From NCBI GenBank assembly GCA_000960865.2, contig JZWU02000026.1:1-22402 (forward strand): DNA of 22,402 nt, read 5' to 3'. Under the pieces are notes generated by a model. That model ran no database searches. It was not told the origin of the DNA and saw only the letters and a list, made by a program, of their open reading frames with translations. Positions 7,346 to 16,340 of this stretch are shown piece by piece. This DNA is from Vulcanisaeta sp. AZ3 (GTDB lineage Archaea > Thermoproteota > Thermoprotei > Thermoproteales > Thermocladiaceae). Each line of letters starts with the position of its first letter. Within the stretch, counting starts at the first letter, position 1. The translations under genes and the position numbers were made by a program.

Positions 7346-8641
7346 ATGAGTAATGTGAAACCTCACGAGTATAAGTTCGTGGTGCCCCATGACCTAGATG
7401 AAGTAATTAAACTTATACAAAGCATAGGCACGGTGGAGGAGGAGTTAGTACCAACATGGGAATCAGCAGGTAGGGTTCTCTCAAGAGATGCCTTAGTTCC
7501 TATAGACATACCACCAATGCCGAAGGCTGCATATGATGGCTATGCCGTTAGAAGTGAGGATGTTTCCAAGGCACCCGTTAAACTAAGAGTTGTTGGTTCG
7601 GTAAGCATAGGTAACGTACCAAACATTGAAATCAGACCCATGGAAACAGCCTACGTAACCACAGGAGCCTACATACCGAAGGGCGCCGATGCCGTAGTGC
7701 CCGAGGAATACGCAGAAGTCTCAAGTAACAGCAAAGTTACGATAAATAAGGCTGTGAAACCTTGGGAGAATGTAGATCCAACAGGAAGTTTTGCAAGAAA
7801 GGGCGAGGTAGCGCTTAAAGAAGGTACTGTGGTGATGCCCTGGGACATACCGGCTTTACTTGAGCTAGGCATAGGTGAGGTTTGGGCTAAAAGGAAGGTT
7901 AGGCTATACATAGTGGCAACGGGCTCAGAATTAATAGAGGCTAAGGAATCTGGCGATGTGTTGAGGGCAATAATCAATGGGAAGGTTGTGGAGAGCACAG
8001 CATCGTTAATAACGAATTACATAAAGACATACATACCATATGCGGAGGTGATAGGTAAGGTAATAGTACCTGACGATACTGAGGCCATTAAAAACGCCAT
8101 TATTCAAGGTATGGATAAGGCGGATATTGTAGTGACCACCGGAGGTACGGGACCTAGTGGTATTGATTATGTTTATGAGATCACTAAATCGTTAAATCCG
8201 AGAGAATACATAAGAGGACTAAATATGAAACCTGGAAGACCAACTGGTATAGCTCTTCTAAGTAATAATAAGGTAGTGATTAATCTATCTGGGCATCCAA
8301 TATCAACACTCAACGCTTTAGTAGTAATTGTGAAGGAAGTCATAAAGCGCATGGCTGGAGTTAAGATAGACGCACCAGAGCCAAGGATAATGGCAAGGTT
8401 AGTAAGAGGTACCTTAGGTGATAAAGAGTTCGCAAGACAATATAGGGTCGAAGTGTTCAAGGCTGGTAATGAATATGTAATAGAGAGAATGCCAAGGCAG
8501 GGTAGTTCATTAACCCACACACTCCTAACGATCAATGCATTAGTTCTAACGAAAAAAGGCCAAATAATTAAGGAGGGGGAGCAAGCCGAGGTGCTGCTCC
8601 TTAGGCAGCCATTCAACCCTAATACTGAAAGTAATTTATAA
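7346..8641 (+). CDS. moeA: molybdopterin molybdenumtransferase
   Basis: GRVL..D...P..PP..KAAYDGYAVRS, TGAYIPKGADAVV, ATGSEL, TTGGTG, KPGRP and LSGHP motifs; ATG at 7346 avoids overlap with the divergent gene. Confidence 0.92.
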   Translation: MSNVKPHEYKFVVPHDLDEVIKLIQSIGTVEEELVPTWESAGRVLSRDALVPIDIPPMPKAAYDGYAVRSEDVSKAPVKLRVVGSVSIGNVPNIEIRPMETAYVTTGAYIPKGADAVVPEEYAEVSSNSKVTINKAVKPWENVDPTGSFARKGEVALKEGTVVMPWDIPALLELGIGEVWAKRKVRLYIVATGSELIEAKESGDVLRAIINGKVVESTASLITNYIKTYIPYAEVIGKVIVPDDTEAIKNAIIQGMDKADIVVTTGGTGPSGIDYVYEITKSLNPREYIRGLNMKPGRPTGIALLSNNKVVINLSGHPISTLNALVVIVKEVIKRMAGVKIDAPEPRIMARLVRGTLGDKEFARQYRVEVFKAGNEYVIERMPRQGSSLTHTLLTINALVLTKKGQIIKEGEQAEVLLLRQPFNPNTESNL

Positions 8642-8662
8642 ATCAAACGAATAAAAATAAGT

Positions 8663-8965
8663 GTGAAACAAACGGAACTTCAGCATAGATGTGATATCAA
8701 TGACATTAAGGAATTCCTAGTAAACTACGTAACTATAAACTGTAAAAGAAATATTGTAAGACAAGACCAACAATACAAGATATCCATAGCCTGCTTCCAT
8801 GCATGGCACAGACAAAAATATGGAGTAAGAGCATCACCGCAATGCGTAAGAACATTAACACTATACTTAACCGTAGTAGCTCAAGAGCAAAAACTACAAG
8901 TAATAAAAGAGGGAGGCGCAAGACCAAAATACATACTCTTCTACACCCTTGATGCTCTTCCATAA
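8663..8965 (+). CDS. hypothetical protein, possible wHTH
   Basis: 100-aa ORF with GTG start, A-rich, fills the space after moeA; no family recognised. Confidence 0.45.
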   Translation: MKQTELQHRCDINDIKEFLVNYVTINCKRNIVRQDQQYKISIACFHAWHRQKYGVRASPQCVRTLTLYLTVVAQEQKLQVIKEGGARPKYILFYTLDALP

Positions 8966-9180
8966 AATTAATGGCCACAATAACCTACCGATATTACGTA
9001 ATTTCAAGCAGCTGCTGAATATTCTTAAATTATAAGGTTCTAACCATGTTTTGGGTCATCACTTTTGTAAGTTATCATTAAGCTTGCATTAAGGCGCTTC
9101 CAAGTCAATCCTTCAGATAAGATTTTTCATAATCTAAGGATTAGTGCCAGGTAAGAATACAATCTCAGGAAAGTCACGAA

Positions 9181-9193
9181 GAAAAGCTTAAAA
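9181..9193 (+). promoter_or_regulatory. BRE/TATA promoter of tRNA-Tyr
   Basis: GAAAAGCTTAAAA about 25 nt upstream of the tRNA; near-identical motifs precede the other two tRNAs. Confidence 0.75.
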
Positions 9194-9217
9194 CACCCTA
9201 AGACCAAACAACACATG

Positions 9218-9333
9218 CCCCCGGTAGCTCAGCCTGGAAGAGCGGCCGGCTGTAGTCCAGCCCCGCGGGGGACATTGTGAATAACCCCGCGGCAGAGACC
9301 GGCAGGCCCCGGGTTCAATTCCCGGCCGGGGGA
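9218..9333 (+). tRNA. tRNA-Tyr(GUA) with a 42-nt intron at 37/38 (9256-9297)
   Basis: Acceptor CCCCCGG/CCGGGGG with C1-G72 and A73; D arm GCTC/GAGC; anticodon stem GCCGG/CCGGC with GTA at 9252-9254; T arm CCGGG-TTCAATT-CCCGG; BHB-like CUGU/GCAG helix; CCA not encoded. Confidence 0.95.
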
Positions 9334-9406
9334 TCAACATCAAAAACCAGAAACTCCCTAGAGAATTGAAAGAGAGCTAAAGTGAGATTTTGAGAAACAA
9401 TCATGA

Positions 9407-9419
9407 GAAAAACTTAAAA
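9407..9419 (+). promoter_or_regulatory. BRE/TATA promoter of tRNA-Gln
   Basis: GAAAAACTTAAAA about 23 nt upstream of the tRNA. Confidence 0.75.
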
Positions 9420-9441
9420 CTCTTCAGGTGAGAAAAGTCAT

Positions 9442-9563
9442 AGCCGGGTCGTCTAGCGGCCAAGGATGGCGGGCTCTGGACTCCGCGTCCGGGCCCGTCT
9501 AGCGGGCTTTGGACGTTCGGGAGAAACCCGTTGACCCCGGTTCGAATCCGGGCCCGGCTACCA
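9442..9563 (+). tRNA. tRNA-Gln(CUG) with a 46-nt intron at 37/38 (9480-9525)
   Basis: Acceptor AGCCGGG/CCCGGCT (A1-U72); anticodon stem GCGGG/CCCGT with CTG at 9476-9478; T arm CCCGG-TTCGAAT-CCGGG; encoded CCA; BHB-like CUCU/GGAG helix. Confidence 0.95.
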
Positions 9564-9674
9564 TCATTACAAACAAAATAGTATGATGCATTTTCAATAC
9601 GTCGTTATGTCAATTATGTAAAATAAGTTCCCAGGATAATACTTATAAATAATCCTTAAGGATATACTGTTACT

Positions 9675-11015
9675 ATGGTTCAGTGGTCTCCTGAGGATTA
9701 TAAATGGCCACATAGGTCGGGCAGTGCTGTCGCGTCTCAATTCCTAGGCTTTATGCTTGATGCTTATGACTTAACCTTTGTCACTGCAATGACCCCAATC
9801 CTAGCGGCAGTGCTCATGCCGCCAACCTTATCGAAGTCTGTTGTTGGTTATTTTCTTACATTACTTGGTTATGCATTTACAATGATAGCTAGGCCTGTAG
9901 GTTCTGCAATATTTGGTAATTATGCTGATAGAATTGGTAGAAGGGATACATTAATGATAACAATACTTGGCTATGGCGGAATGAGTGCTTTGACTGCAGC
10001 AATACCAACCTACGCTCAAGTAGGTTGGTTAGCCTTCTGGGTTTATGCTCTCCTTAGATTTATACTTGGTGTTTTTGTTGGCGGCGAGTATGCGGCGGGG
10101 CATCCCTTCGCGATTGAGTATTCACCACGAAGATGGAGGGGTTTAGTGAGCGGTATTGTTCAAGGAGCCTTCTCCTGGGGTGTTGCGTTAGGTGGTCTTG
10201 TGACTGCTGGTTTCACGGCATTCTTTGGTATTAAGGCTATGTATGCCTATGCATGGAGGTACGTATTCCTAACAGGCTTAATCCCAGCAGTCATCGCCTT
10301 CATAATTAGGTTTACAATGCCAGACACACCAATCTTCAAGGAGGTTAAGGAGGAGGGTAAACTAGAGAAAATACCATTCTTCAGTATATTCAAACCACCA
10401 GCCCTATGGACCTTCCTATTTGTGCTCATGTGGATGACAGGCCTATTCTTTAGTTCTTACTCTATGTTCGACTTTGCCGTAGGCATATATACAAGGGCCG
10501 GATTACCTGAGGGTCTAGCTAGTTTCTACTATGGCATTATGGGTATATTCGCAGCCATAGCAGCCACGCTTTGGGGTTTTGCTAGCGACTTCATTGGTAG
10601 GAGACGTGCTGCATTAATAGCCGCCATAGCATCTATAATAGTCGCAGTACCTGCTTACTACACAGTCTATTACAGTGCATTAGTTAGGAGTGTCCCCTTA
10701 CTTGTGCTCGGTGCGCTTTTAATGGGTTTGTTCTCCCAGTGGATTTGGGGCTTAGTCCCAGTTTACTTATCTGAGCTTTTTGCTACGCAGAGGAGAGGTA
10801 GTGGTGTTGGCTTTGGTTATAGCTCCGGTATATTCATTAGTGCTTGGATGCCGCTGTATTCAATACCGCTTTATTCGGCGTTTGCCGCCATTGAGGGCAC
10901 TAATATTTGGTTCGTGGCGGCCTTCTGGTTAATAATTGCAGGTATTGTATATGGTATTGCAGCTTACTTCCTCCCCGAAACGATAGGTATTGATTTAAGG
11001 ACTGGAGGAAAATAA
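9675..11015 (+). CDS. major facilitator superfamily transporter (SHS/MHS-like)
   Basis: About 12 TM segments; LDAYD, ARPVG..IFG.YADRIGRR, RFILG.FVGGEY, SDFIGRR, ELF.T..RG.G.G and PET motifs. Confidence 0.93.
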   Translation: MVQWSPEDYKWPHRSGSAVASQFLGFMLDAYDLTFVTAMTPILAAVLMPPTLSKSVVGYFLTLLGYAFTMIARPVGSAIFGNYADRIGRRDTLMITILGYGGMSALTAAIPTYAQVGWLAFWVYALLRFILGVFVGGEYAAGHPFAIEYSPRRWRGLVSGIVQGAFSWGVALGGLVTAGFTAFFGIKAMYAYAWRYVFLTGLIPAVIAFIIRFTMPDTPIFKEVKEEGKLEKIPFFSIFKPPALWTFLFVLMWMTGLFFSSYSMFDFAVGIYTRAGLPEGLASFYYGIMGIFAAIAATLWGFASDFIGRRRAALIAAIASIIVAVPAYYTVYYSALVRSVPLLVLGALLMGLFSQWIWGLVPVYLSELFATQRRGSGVGFGYSSGIFISAWMPLYSIPLYSAFAAIEGTNIWFVAAFWLIIAGIVYGIAAYFLPETIGIDLRTGGK

Positions 11016-11055
11016 CTTATTATTTGCACTAGACATCGTTCTAAAAACCATACTT

Positions 11056-11655
11056 TTATTCTTTATTACTATTACCATACCTTAAACCTAAGGTAAATGC
11101 ACTTATGTTTTTCTCGGGGTCTCTCCTTATATTAGCAATTATCGACTCCTCAATCATCTTTTGCTGTATATATTGTTTTAATCCCGTTATTGAGTATAGG
11201 GCGCCTAGCATCACCATGTTCTCATAAATTATATTGCCTAACTTAACCGCATCATCATATGCACTTATAAAGTACACATTATCAGTAGTCCTCCTCAATA
11301 TGGTCTCTAACTCATCAATACTCGGTATTCTCTGCTTGGTGGCTGGTGGCCGTATTAATCTTTTATTCACTATAAATATCGTATTCTCATTAGCATAATC
11401 AACAGCCCTAAATGTCTCAAGCATTTCAAAGGCAACCACAGCATCAGCACCATGCTTAGGTATTAACGGTGCATCCACATCACCAATCCTAACATGAACA
11501 TCCACCGAGCCACCCCTCTGACTCAACCCGTGGGTTTCCGCAATCAATGCCTTATAACCAGCCCTTAATGCAGCATCACCCAACACTGTTGCAAATGTGA
11601 CTAAACCCTGTCCACCAACCCCAACCAAGTATATGCTCATTCTCATACATATCAC
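11056..11655 (-). CDS. iorB: indolepyruvate:ferredoxin oxidoreductase beta subunit
   Basis: GVGGQG, ETHGLSQRGGSV.VHVRIG and NMVMLGA motifs; directly downstream of iorA. Confidence 0.93.
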   Translation of the reverse strand: MICMRMSIYLVGVGGQGLVTFATVLGDAALRAGYKALIAETHGLSQRGGSVDVHVRIGDVDAPLIPKHGADAVVAFEMLETFRAVDYANENTIFIVNKRLIRPPATKQRIPSIDELETILRRTTDNVYFISAYDDAVKLGNIIYENMVMLGALYSITGLKQYIQQKMIEESIIANIRRDPEKNISAFTLGLRYGNSNKE

Positions 11656-11656
11656 C

Positions 11657-13507
11657 TCACATCCTTGCCCATGTATCTAACCACTTTTTACCATCACCCT
11701 CAGGCTTTATTGCATTGTACGGGCATACCTGGGCGCACACCGAGCATCCAACACATGCATATGGATCTATCCAAGCCTTCCTATTATCAAGCGGTGCTAT
11801 TGCTGGACAAGCTATTAGGTTATAACATATCCCACACGCCTTACAAGCATTTTCATCTACATAGTAACGAATGACGTGACTCCTAAATAACCTAACAGCC
11901 TCTAACGCACACCCTCTCTTCATGACCACGACAGCCACACCACCACCCTTAACAACATTAAATGCCTCAGACAGGACTTCCTGGGCCTCCCTAACGTTGA
12001 ATGGATCTATAGTCTTCACGTAGTCGGCACCCATAGCCTTTGCTATATCCTCAATGTTAATAATACCCGTTGGATTGGGTTGTCCACCAGTCATTGCGGT
12101 TATCCTATTATCTAGAATTAATACTAGCATTGGTGTCTTATTATATATTGCATTGACTAATGCCGATAGGCCTGCGTGGAAGAATGTGGAATCCCCTATT
12201 ATAGATACGATAACTGGCTTATTACTCGTCCCGTGATATATGCCCATACCGAGGCCTAGAGAACTACCCATATCCGTGAGTAGGTCCTGTTCATTAAATG
12301 GATTATTAATACCTAAACTGTAACACCCAATATCTCCACTGAAGACCGGTTTAACACCAGCCTTTGCACTACTTATCTTTAATTCGTAAAATGAGGCTGT
12401 GTGCGGGCATCCAGGGCAAAAAACTGGAGGTCTCAGTGGTGGTGTATAGTCCACCTTAATTATGCGGTTTACTGATAATGAATTTGGAATATCGAGGGCC
12501 TTCGATAATCCCTCCATCACTGAATTAAATGTTAACTCGCCAACCCTATTGAATAAGTTCTCAGCCTTACCCAGCACAGGAACTCTAACACCCTCATCAT
12601 ATAACAAAGCCTTCAACTCCTGCTCAATAACAGGATCTCCCTCTTCAATCACCACCACTTCCTCAGCCTTCGATACTGCATTCAATATAGTCTTCCTCGG
12701 TAATGGTACGGGAGTCACTACATTCAATATACTAGCCTTCACACCATAATTCTTAACAGCCTCCAAGGCGTAAGTAAATGCAACACCACTGGTTATTATG
12801 AGACTTTTATCTCCATCAATATATGTATGCGGTAATTCCTCAACATCTCTCTCAATATTAACCCATCTCTTCAATAATTCACCTTTTAATGCCCTGGCAT
12901 TGGCAGGTATTAATGCTTGTTTTCTCGGATCCTTGATGAAATTTCCAGCATATTTAGGCGTCGTTGGTGTGCATATAGTGACTGGCCCCCTCACGTGAGA
13001 TACCCTGGTAACTGTTCTCAGGATTACAGGATGTCCATGATTCTCACTAAATTCCAACGCTAATCTCGTAAGATTCTTCGCATCTTGCGGATCATATGGC
13101 TCAAATACGGGTATATAAGCATGTAATCCAACCCACCTATTATCTTGTTCATTCTGACTTGACCACATATTTGGGTCATCAGCGGTGACTACGACGAAGC
13201 CTCCCTTAACGCCCGTGTATGCACTGGACATAAGTGGGTCCATGGCGACGTTCATGCCGACATGTTTCATCGTGACCATGGATCTAGCGCCATTTAAGGC
13301 AGCACCATAAGCCAGCTCAAAGGCGACCTTTTCATTACTACTCCATTCAGCGTAAATATTGAACTCCTTACCATACTCAAGTAAATACTCAATTATCTCA
13401 CTTGAGGGTGTTCCTGGATAGCCTGCAGCAACTGCAAGTCCTGCCTCCATAGCTCCATGAGCTATTGCGTGATTCCCAAGCATTAGCTTAATTACACAAT
13501 TGTTCAT
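11657..13507 (-). CDS. iorA: indolepyruvate:ferredoxin oxidoreductase alpha subunit
   Basis: GYPGTPSSEI, NEKVA.E, MKHVG.NVA.DP, SSQNEQD, CPGCPH, GDIGCY, TPP-binding GDSTFFH...DN and C-terminal 4Fe-4S ferredoxin motifs. Confidence 0.96.
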   Translation of the reverse strand: MNNCVIKLMLGNHAIAHGAMEAGLAVAAGYPGTPSSEIIEYLLEYGKEFNIYAEWSSNEKVAFELAYGAALNGARSMVTMKHVGMNVAMDPLMSSAYTGVKGGFVVVTADDPNMWSSQNEQDNRWVGLHAYIPVFEPYDPQDAKNLTRLALEFSENHGHPVILRTVTRVSHVRGPVTICTPTTPKYAGNFIKDPRKQALIPANARALKGELLKRWVNIERDVEELPHTYIDGDKSLIITSGVAFTYALEAVKNYGVKASILNVVTPVPLPRKTILNAVSKAEEVVVIEEGDPVIEQELKALLYDEGVRVPVLGKAENLFNRVGELTFNSVMEGLSKALDIPNSLSVNRIIKVDYTPPLRPPVFCPGCPHTASFYELKISSAKAGVKPVFSGDIGCYSLGINNPFNEQDLLTDMGSSLGLGMGIYHGTSNKPVIVSIIGDSTFFHAGLSALVNAIYNKTPMLVLILDNRITAMTGGQPNPTGIINIEDIAKAMGADYVKTIDPFNVREAQEVLSEAFNVVKGGGVAVVVMKRGCALEAVRLFRSHVIRYYVDENACKACGICYNLIACPAIAPLDNRKAWIDPYACVGCSVCAQVCPYNAIKPEGDGKKWLDTWARM

Positions 13508-13608
13508 TGAGAATAATGGGTTCTATTTAATTTAAAGCTCTTTCCTCTAGAGTTTAATAACTTAACTAGCAATATATCTATTGAATATTACTATTTATTA
13601 CTATATAT

Positions 13609-13657
13609 TCAGATTAGAATAGAGTCTTCATCGTTCTGTATGTCTAGGGTTCATCAT
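13609..13657 (-). ncRNA. C/D-box sRNA (target not assigned)
   Basis: Minus strand reads ATGATGA-ACCCTAGACATA-CAGA-ACGATGA-AGACTCTATTCTAAT-CTGA, i.e. C, D', C' and D boxes with the same spacing as the sRNA at 2535; intergenic. Confidence 0.75.
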
Positions 13658-13797
13658 AACGAGTAACACTTGTAATACTAATTTTCTAGTTTTTATGTTT
13701 AAGCATTACATGATGATATCATATGTTTTTTAGATATTACATTACTTGAGTTATTTTAATTGCTTATTTAATATTTCTTCGAATTCAGGATCCTCCC

Positions 13798-15813
13798 GTG
13801 AGAGCAATGAGAAGGAATCTACTGGTAATCTTGGTAATTCTGGTTGCTACAGCATCACTAGTAGTACTAGCTAGTCAGTATCAGGTCACATCAAACGCTA
13901 ACTCACCAATTACGATAAACCAACCATACTACGCAACACTTGAGTACATTGACTATATAAACACAACGAGATCCATAACTCTAGCACCCGGTCAATCAAT
14001 TACAATACAAGCTCCATTACCGCCAGGACCAGGTTATGTACTTAATTATATTGAGGTTAGTGTTAATCCACCATCGCCAGCGTTGGTGATTAGTGGTAAT
14101 GGCGTGATGTATAGTGAGAATGAGATTGGTGCGATATTGAGTGCCTACACAACTAGTAATCAATTAACAATCACAAATACGGGTAATCAACCATTAAACG
14201 AGACAATAACAGTATCATACGTATTCGTGAATGAGGAGTACGTAGCCCTAAATACATTGACACCAACCTCAACCATAAATATATCAATACCTGACGAATC
14301 TATACAATATGTTACAAAACAAGTGGTTGAACTATCAATACCTAACTACATGCCATTCGAGATAGGCAACGTCGCGCTCCCGAATGGTACAACATTATCG
14401 CAATTAGTATCTAGTTGGAACTCCCTAGCTAATTATATAGAGATTGAGCCGAAATATGTGAAACTAATAGCAAATGAATTACCCCCTGGTCAATATGAGG
14501 TTACGATAAACTATGGCAGTGAGTATGTAATGCCTAGCGCAATGCTCGTTAAGGGTACGGAATTCCTGAACTACACTGTTAACCCAGGACAGACCCTGGA
14601 AATAACCGGTTCTGAATTCGGAGTTCCACCTGGTTGGAACCTACTAGGCTACATTGTCGCGGTCTATACAGTTCAACCGCTGGTGGTTGGCCAACAGCCT
14701 GGACACTTCGAGGTAATAGCTAACAGGATTTCGCCTGTGTCGTTATACAGCACCTTGGTGCAGGTTAGCGGTATAAGTTACTTATTACCGCCATTCATTA
14801 GATTTGCTCCCATGTTTGGCATTTACGTAGTCTACGATAAGTATTTCAAGATTGTCGACAACCTAAATGTTCCCCTAGTAGTTACATACATGCCAATAAT
14901 TTACAAACCCATAGGGCAATGGGTTAACGGTAACCTAAAGGCTACCATAAGCAATACAGACGTGAGTGGTGGCTTATGGACGGCGCTAGTAGTTCAGCTG
15001 CCCGAGATAGCCCATATTTATAAGATAGTTACACCCAGCGGTACTGTCTATACGGGCCTTGTCAATGCTGAGGTTCCGTGGGGCTCAACAGTGAGGCTAG
15101 TCTCGATAAGTCCGGACGGCTCTCAAGCCTATATAGCGGTCTCAACACTTGGTGTTAATGATATTGGTACGTATACGGTCTATGTCAATTGGACGCCAAT
15201 AACAATGCACTTTGCAAATACACTAAATGCACCAATTAGTGGTGTTGAGGTTAGGGCCTATGTGAATGGTTCGTTAATTGCTAGTGCAGTTAGTGGATCT
15301 GATGGTAATGCATACATAAACATTAATGAGCCAGTACCATTTACTGCAACGGTTTATTATGGCAATGTAACATTATACTACATCAATGTGAATTCGCTCG
15401 TTAGGCAACCAATTAGTATAACGATAGGTCTCTATAACGTCACAGTACTCTTCATAGGCGTCAGGAACCAGGCAATATCTAATGCAAAGATAACCCTATA
15501 TAGGGTCGGCACGGGTCCAACATATAATGGAGTAACGAGCAGTGAGGGTACTGCAAGCTTTACTAATATACTTAATGGTACATACCTAGTGGTTGCTCAA
15601 TATGGTAATTTGAAGTATAGTGAATTAGTTGTGATTAATAATAATGATGTGATAACAGTGAAGTCTGACATATTGGCAATAATTGATGGAATCCCAATAA
15701 CCACAATGGAGGCTTTGATAGGCACATTAGGCTTGGGCGCTGCAGCCGTAATAGCCTTTGCATTTGCTGGCAGGAGAAGTGGCAGTAAGGATTATGAGGT
15801 AGTAACCATGTAA
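13798..15813 (+). CDS. secreted, C-terminally membrane-anchored surface glycoprotein with beta-sandwich (carboxypeptidase-regulatory/prealbumin-like) domains
   Basis: N-terminal RR followed by a hydrophobic signal; T/N/V/Y-rich beta-strand sequence; at least 10 N-x-S/T sequons; two 'PISGVEV..Y...S.SDG.A' / 'AISNAKI.LY...TSSEG.A.F..I..GTY' modules; C-terminal TM helix followed by RR. Confidence 0.8.
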   Translation: MRAMRRNLLVILVILVATASLVVLASQYQVTSNANSPITINQPYYATLEYIDYINTTRSITLAPGQSITIQAPLPPGPGYVLNYIEVSVNPPSPALVISGNGVMYSENEIGAILSAYTTSNQLTITNTGNQPLNETITVSYVFVNEEYVALNTLTPTSTINISIPDESIQYVTKQVVELSIPNYMPFEIGNVALPNGTTLSQLVSSWNSLANYIEIEPKYVKLIANELPPGQYEVTINYGSEYVMPSAMLVKGTEFLNYTVNPGQTLEITGSEFGVPPGWNLLGYIVAVYTVQPLVVGQQPGHFEVIANRISPVSLYSTLVQVSGISYLLPPFIRFAPMFGIYVVYDKYFKIVDNLNVPLVVTYMPIIYKPIGQWVNGNLKATISNTDVSGGLWTALVVQLPEIAHIYKIVTPSGTVYTGLVNAEVPWGSTVRLVSISPDGSQAYIAVSTLGVNDIGTYTVYVNWTPITMHFANTLNAPISGVEVRAYVNGSLIASAVSGSDGNAYININEPVPFTATVYYGNVTLYYINVNSLVRQPISITIGLYNVTVLFIGVRNQAISNAKITLYRVGTGPTYNGVTSSEGTASFTNILNGTYLVVAQYGNLKYSELVVINNNDVITVKSDILAIIDGIPITTMEALIGTLGLGAAAVIAFAFAGRRSGSKDYEVVTM

Positions 15814-15851
15814 TGTTGTGTTAAATTGAGACCCTAAAAATTATGTTTTAC

Positions 15852-16340
15852 TTATTTTCTCTCAAATTCAATTCTCAATTCTCTTGCAAGATCCATAATT
15901 TTATCCAACAATCCATGCTTTACGTTAAATGCTTCGTGAGCCATAACTAACCATCTATACTGCCTATCGAATCTAGTATATTCTCTCATAATTCTCTCAC
16001 TTCTTTGGGACCTTAATCTTTTGAGTAAGTTCTCACCATATGAAATCAATCTTTGGTTCTCAATCTCTAGTCTCCTTACAATTAATGATCTAACAGCCCT
16101 AAATTGCTCATCACTTAGCTCAATTATTGCATAAGCAAACTCACCCTCAAACCCCCTCTCCATCATATTCGTAAGCTCCTCCTTGATGCTCATGATCTTT
16201 CTCTCAATCTCATCTCTGCTTCGCCAAGAAATTATAACGTTAGGCGTAACCTCAAGACCCAGATTACCTAATCGTTGCTTTACTAATCCTTGAATCTCAT
16301 CTGTGTCTGCATAAGTGATTATTAGTACGTAGTTTCTCAT
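15852..16340 (-). CDS. hypothetical protein (possible Cas2/VapD-like ferredoxin N-domain plus helical C-domain)
   Basis: 162-aa ORF; its start overlaps the stop of the upstream gene (ATGA, 16337-16340), which supports an operon; fold guess from the N-terminal YVLIITY strand. Confidence 0.65.
   Translation of the reverse strand: MRNYVLIITYADTDEIQGLVKQRLGNLGLEVTPNVIISWRSRDEIERKIMSIKEELTNMMERGFEGEFAYAIIELSDEQFRAVRSLIVRRLEIENQRLISYGENLLKRLRSQRSERIMREYTRFDRQYRWLVMAHEAFNVKHGLLDKIMDLARELRIEFERK

Noticed and set aside
9005-9062. Minus-strand GTGATGA (possible box C) and the palindrome AGCAGCTGCT at 9007-9016
   Set aside because: No properly spaced D', C' and D boxes follow, and a lone 10-bp palindrome is weak evidence.
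13710-13750. Plus-strand ATGATGA...TAGA...TTGA as a third C/D sRNA
   Set aside because: There is no C' box, the D boxes are degenerate and the guides are U-rich; it is better explained as part of the ATGATATCAT palindrome.
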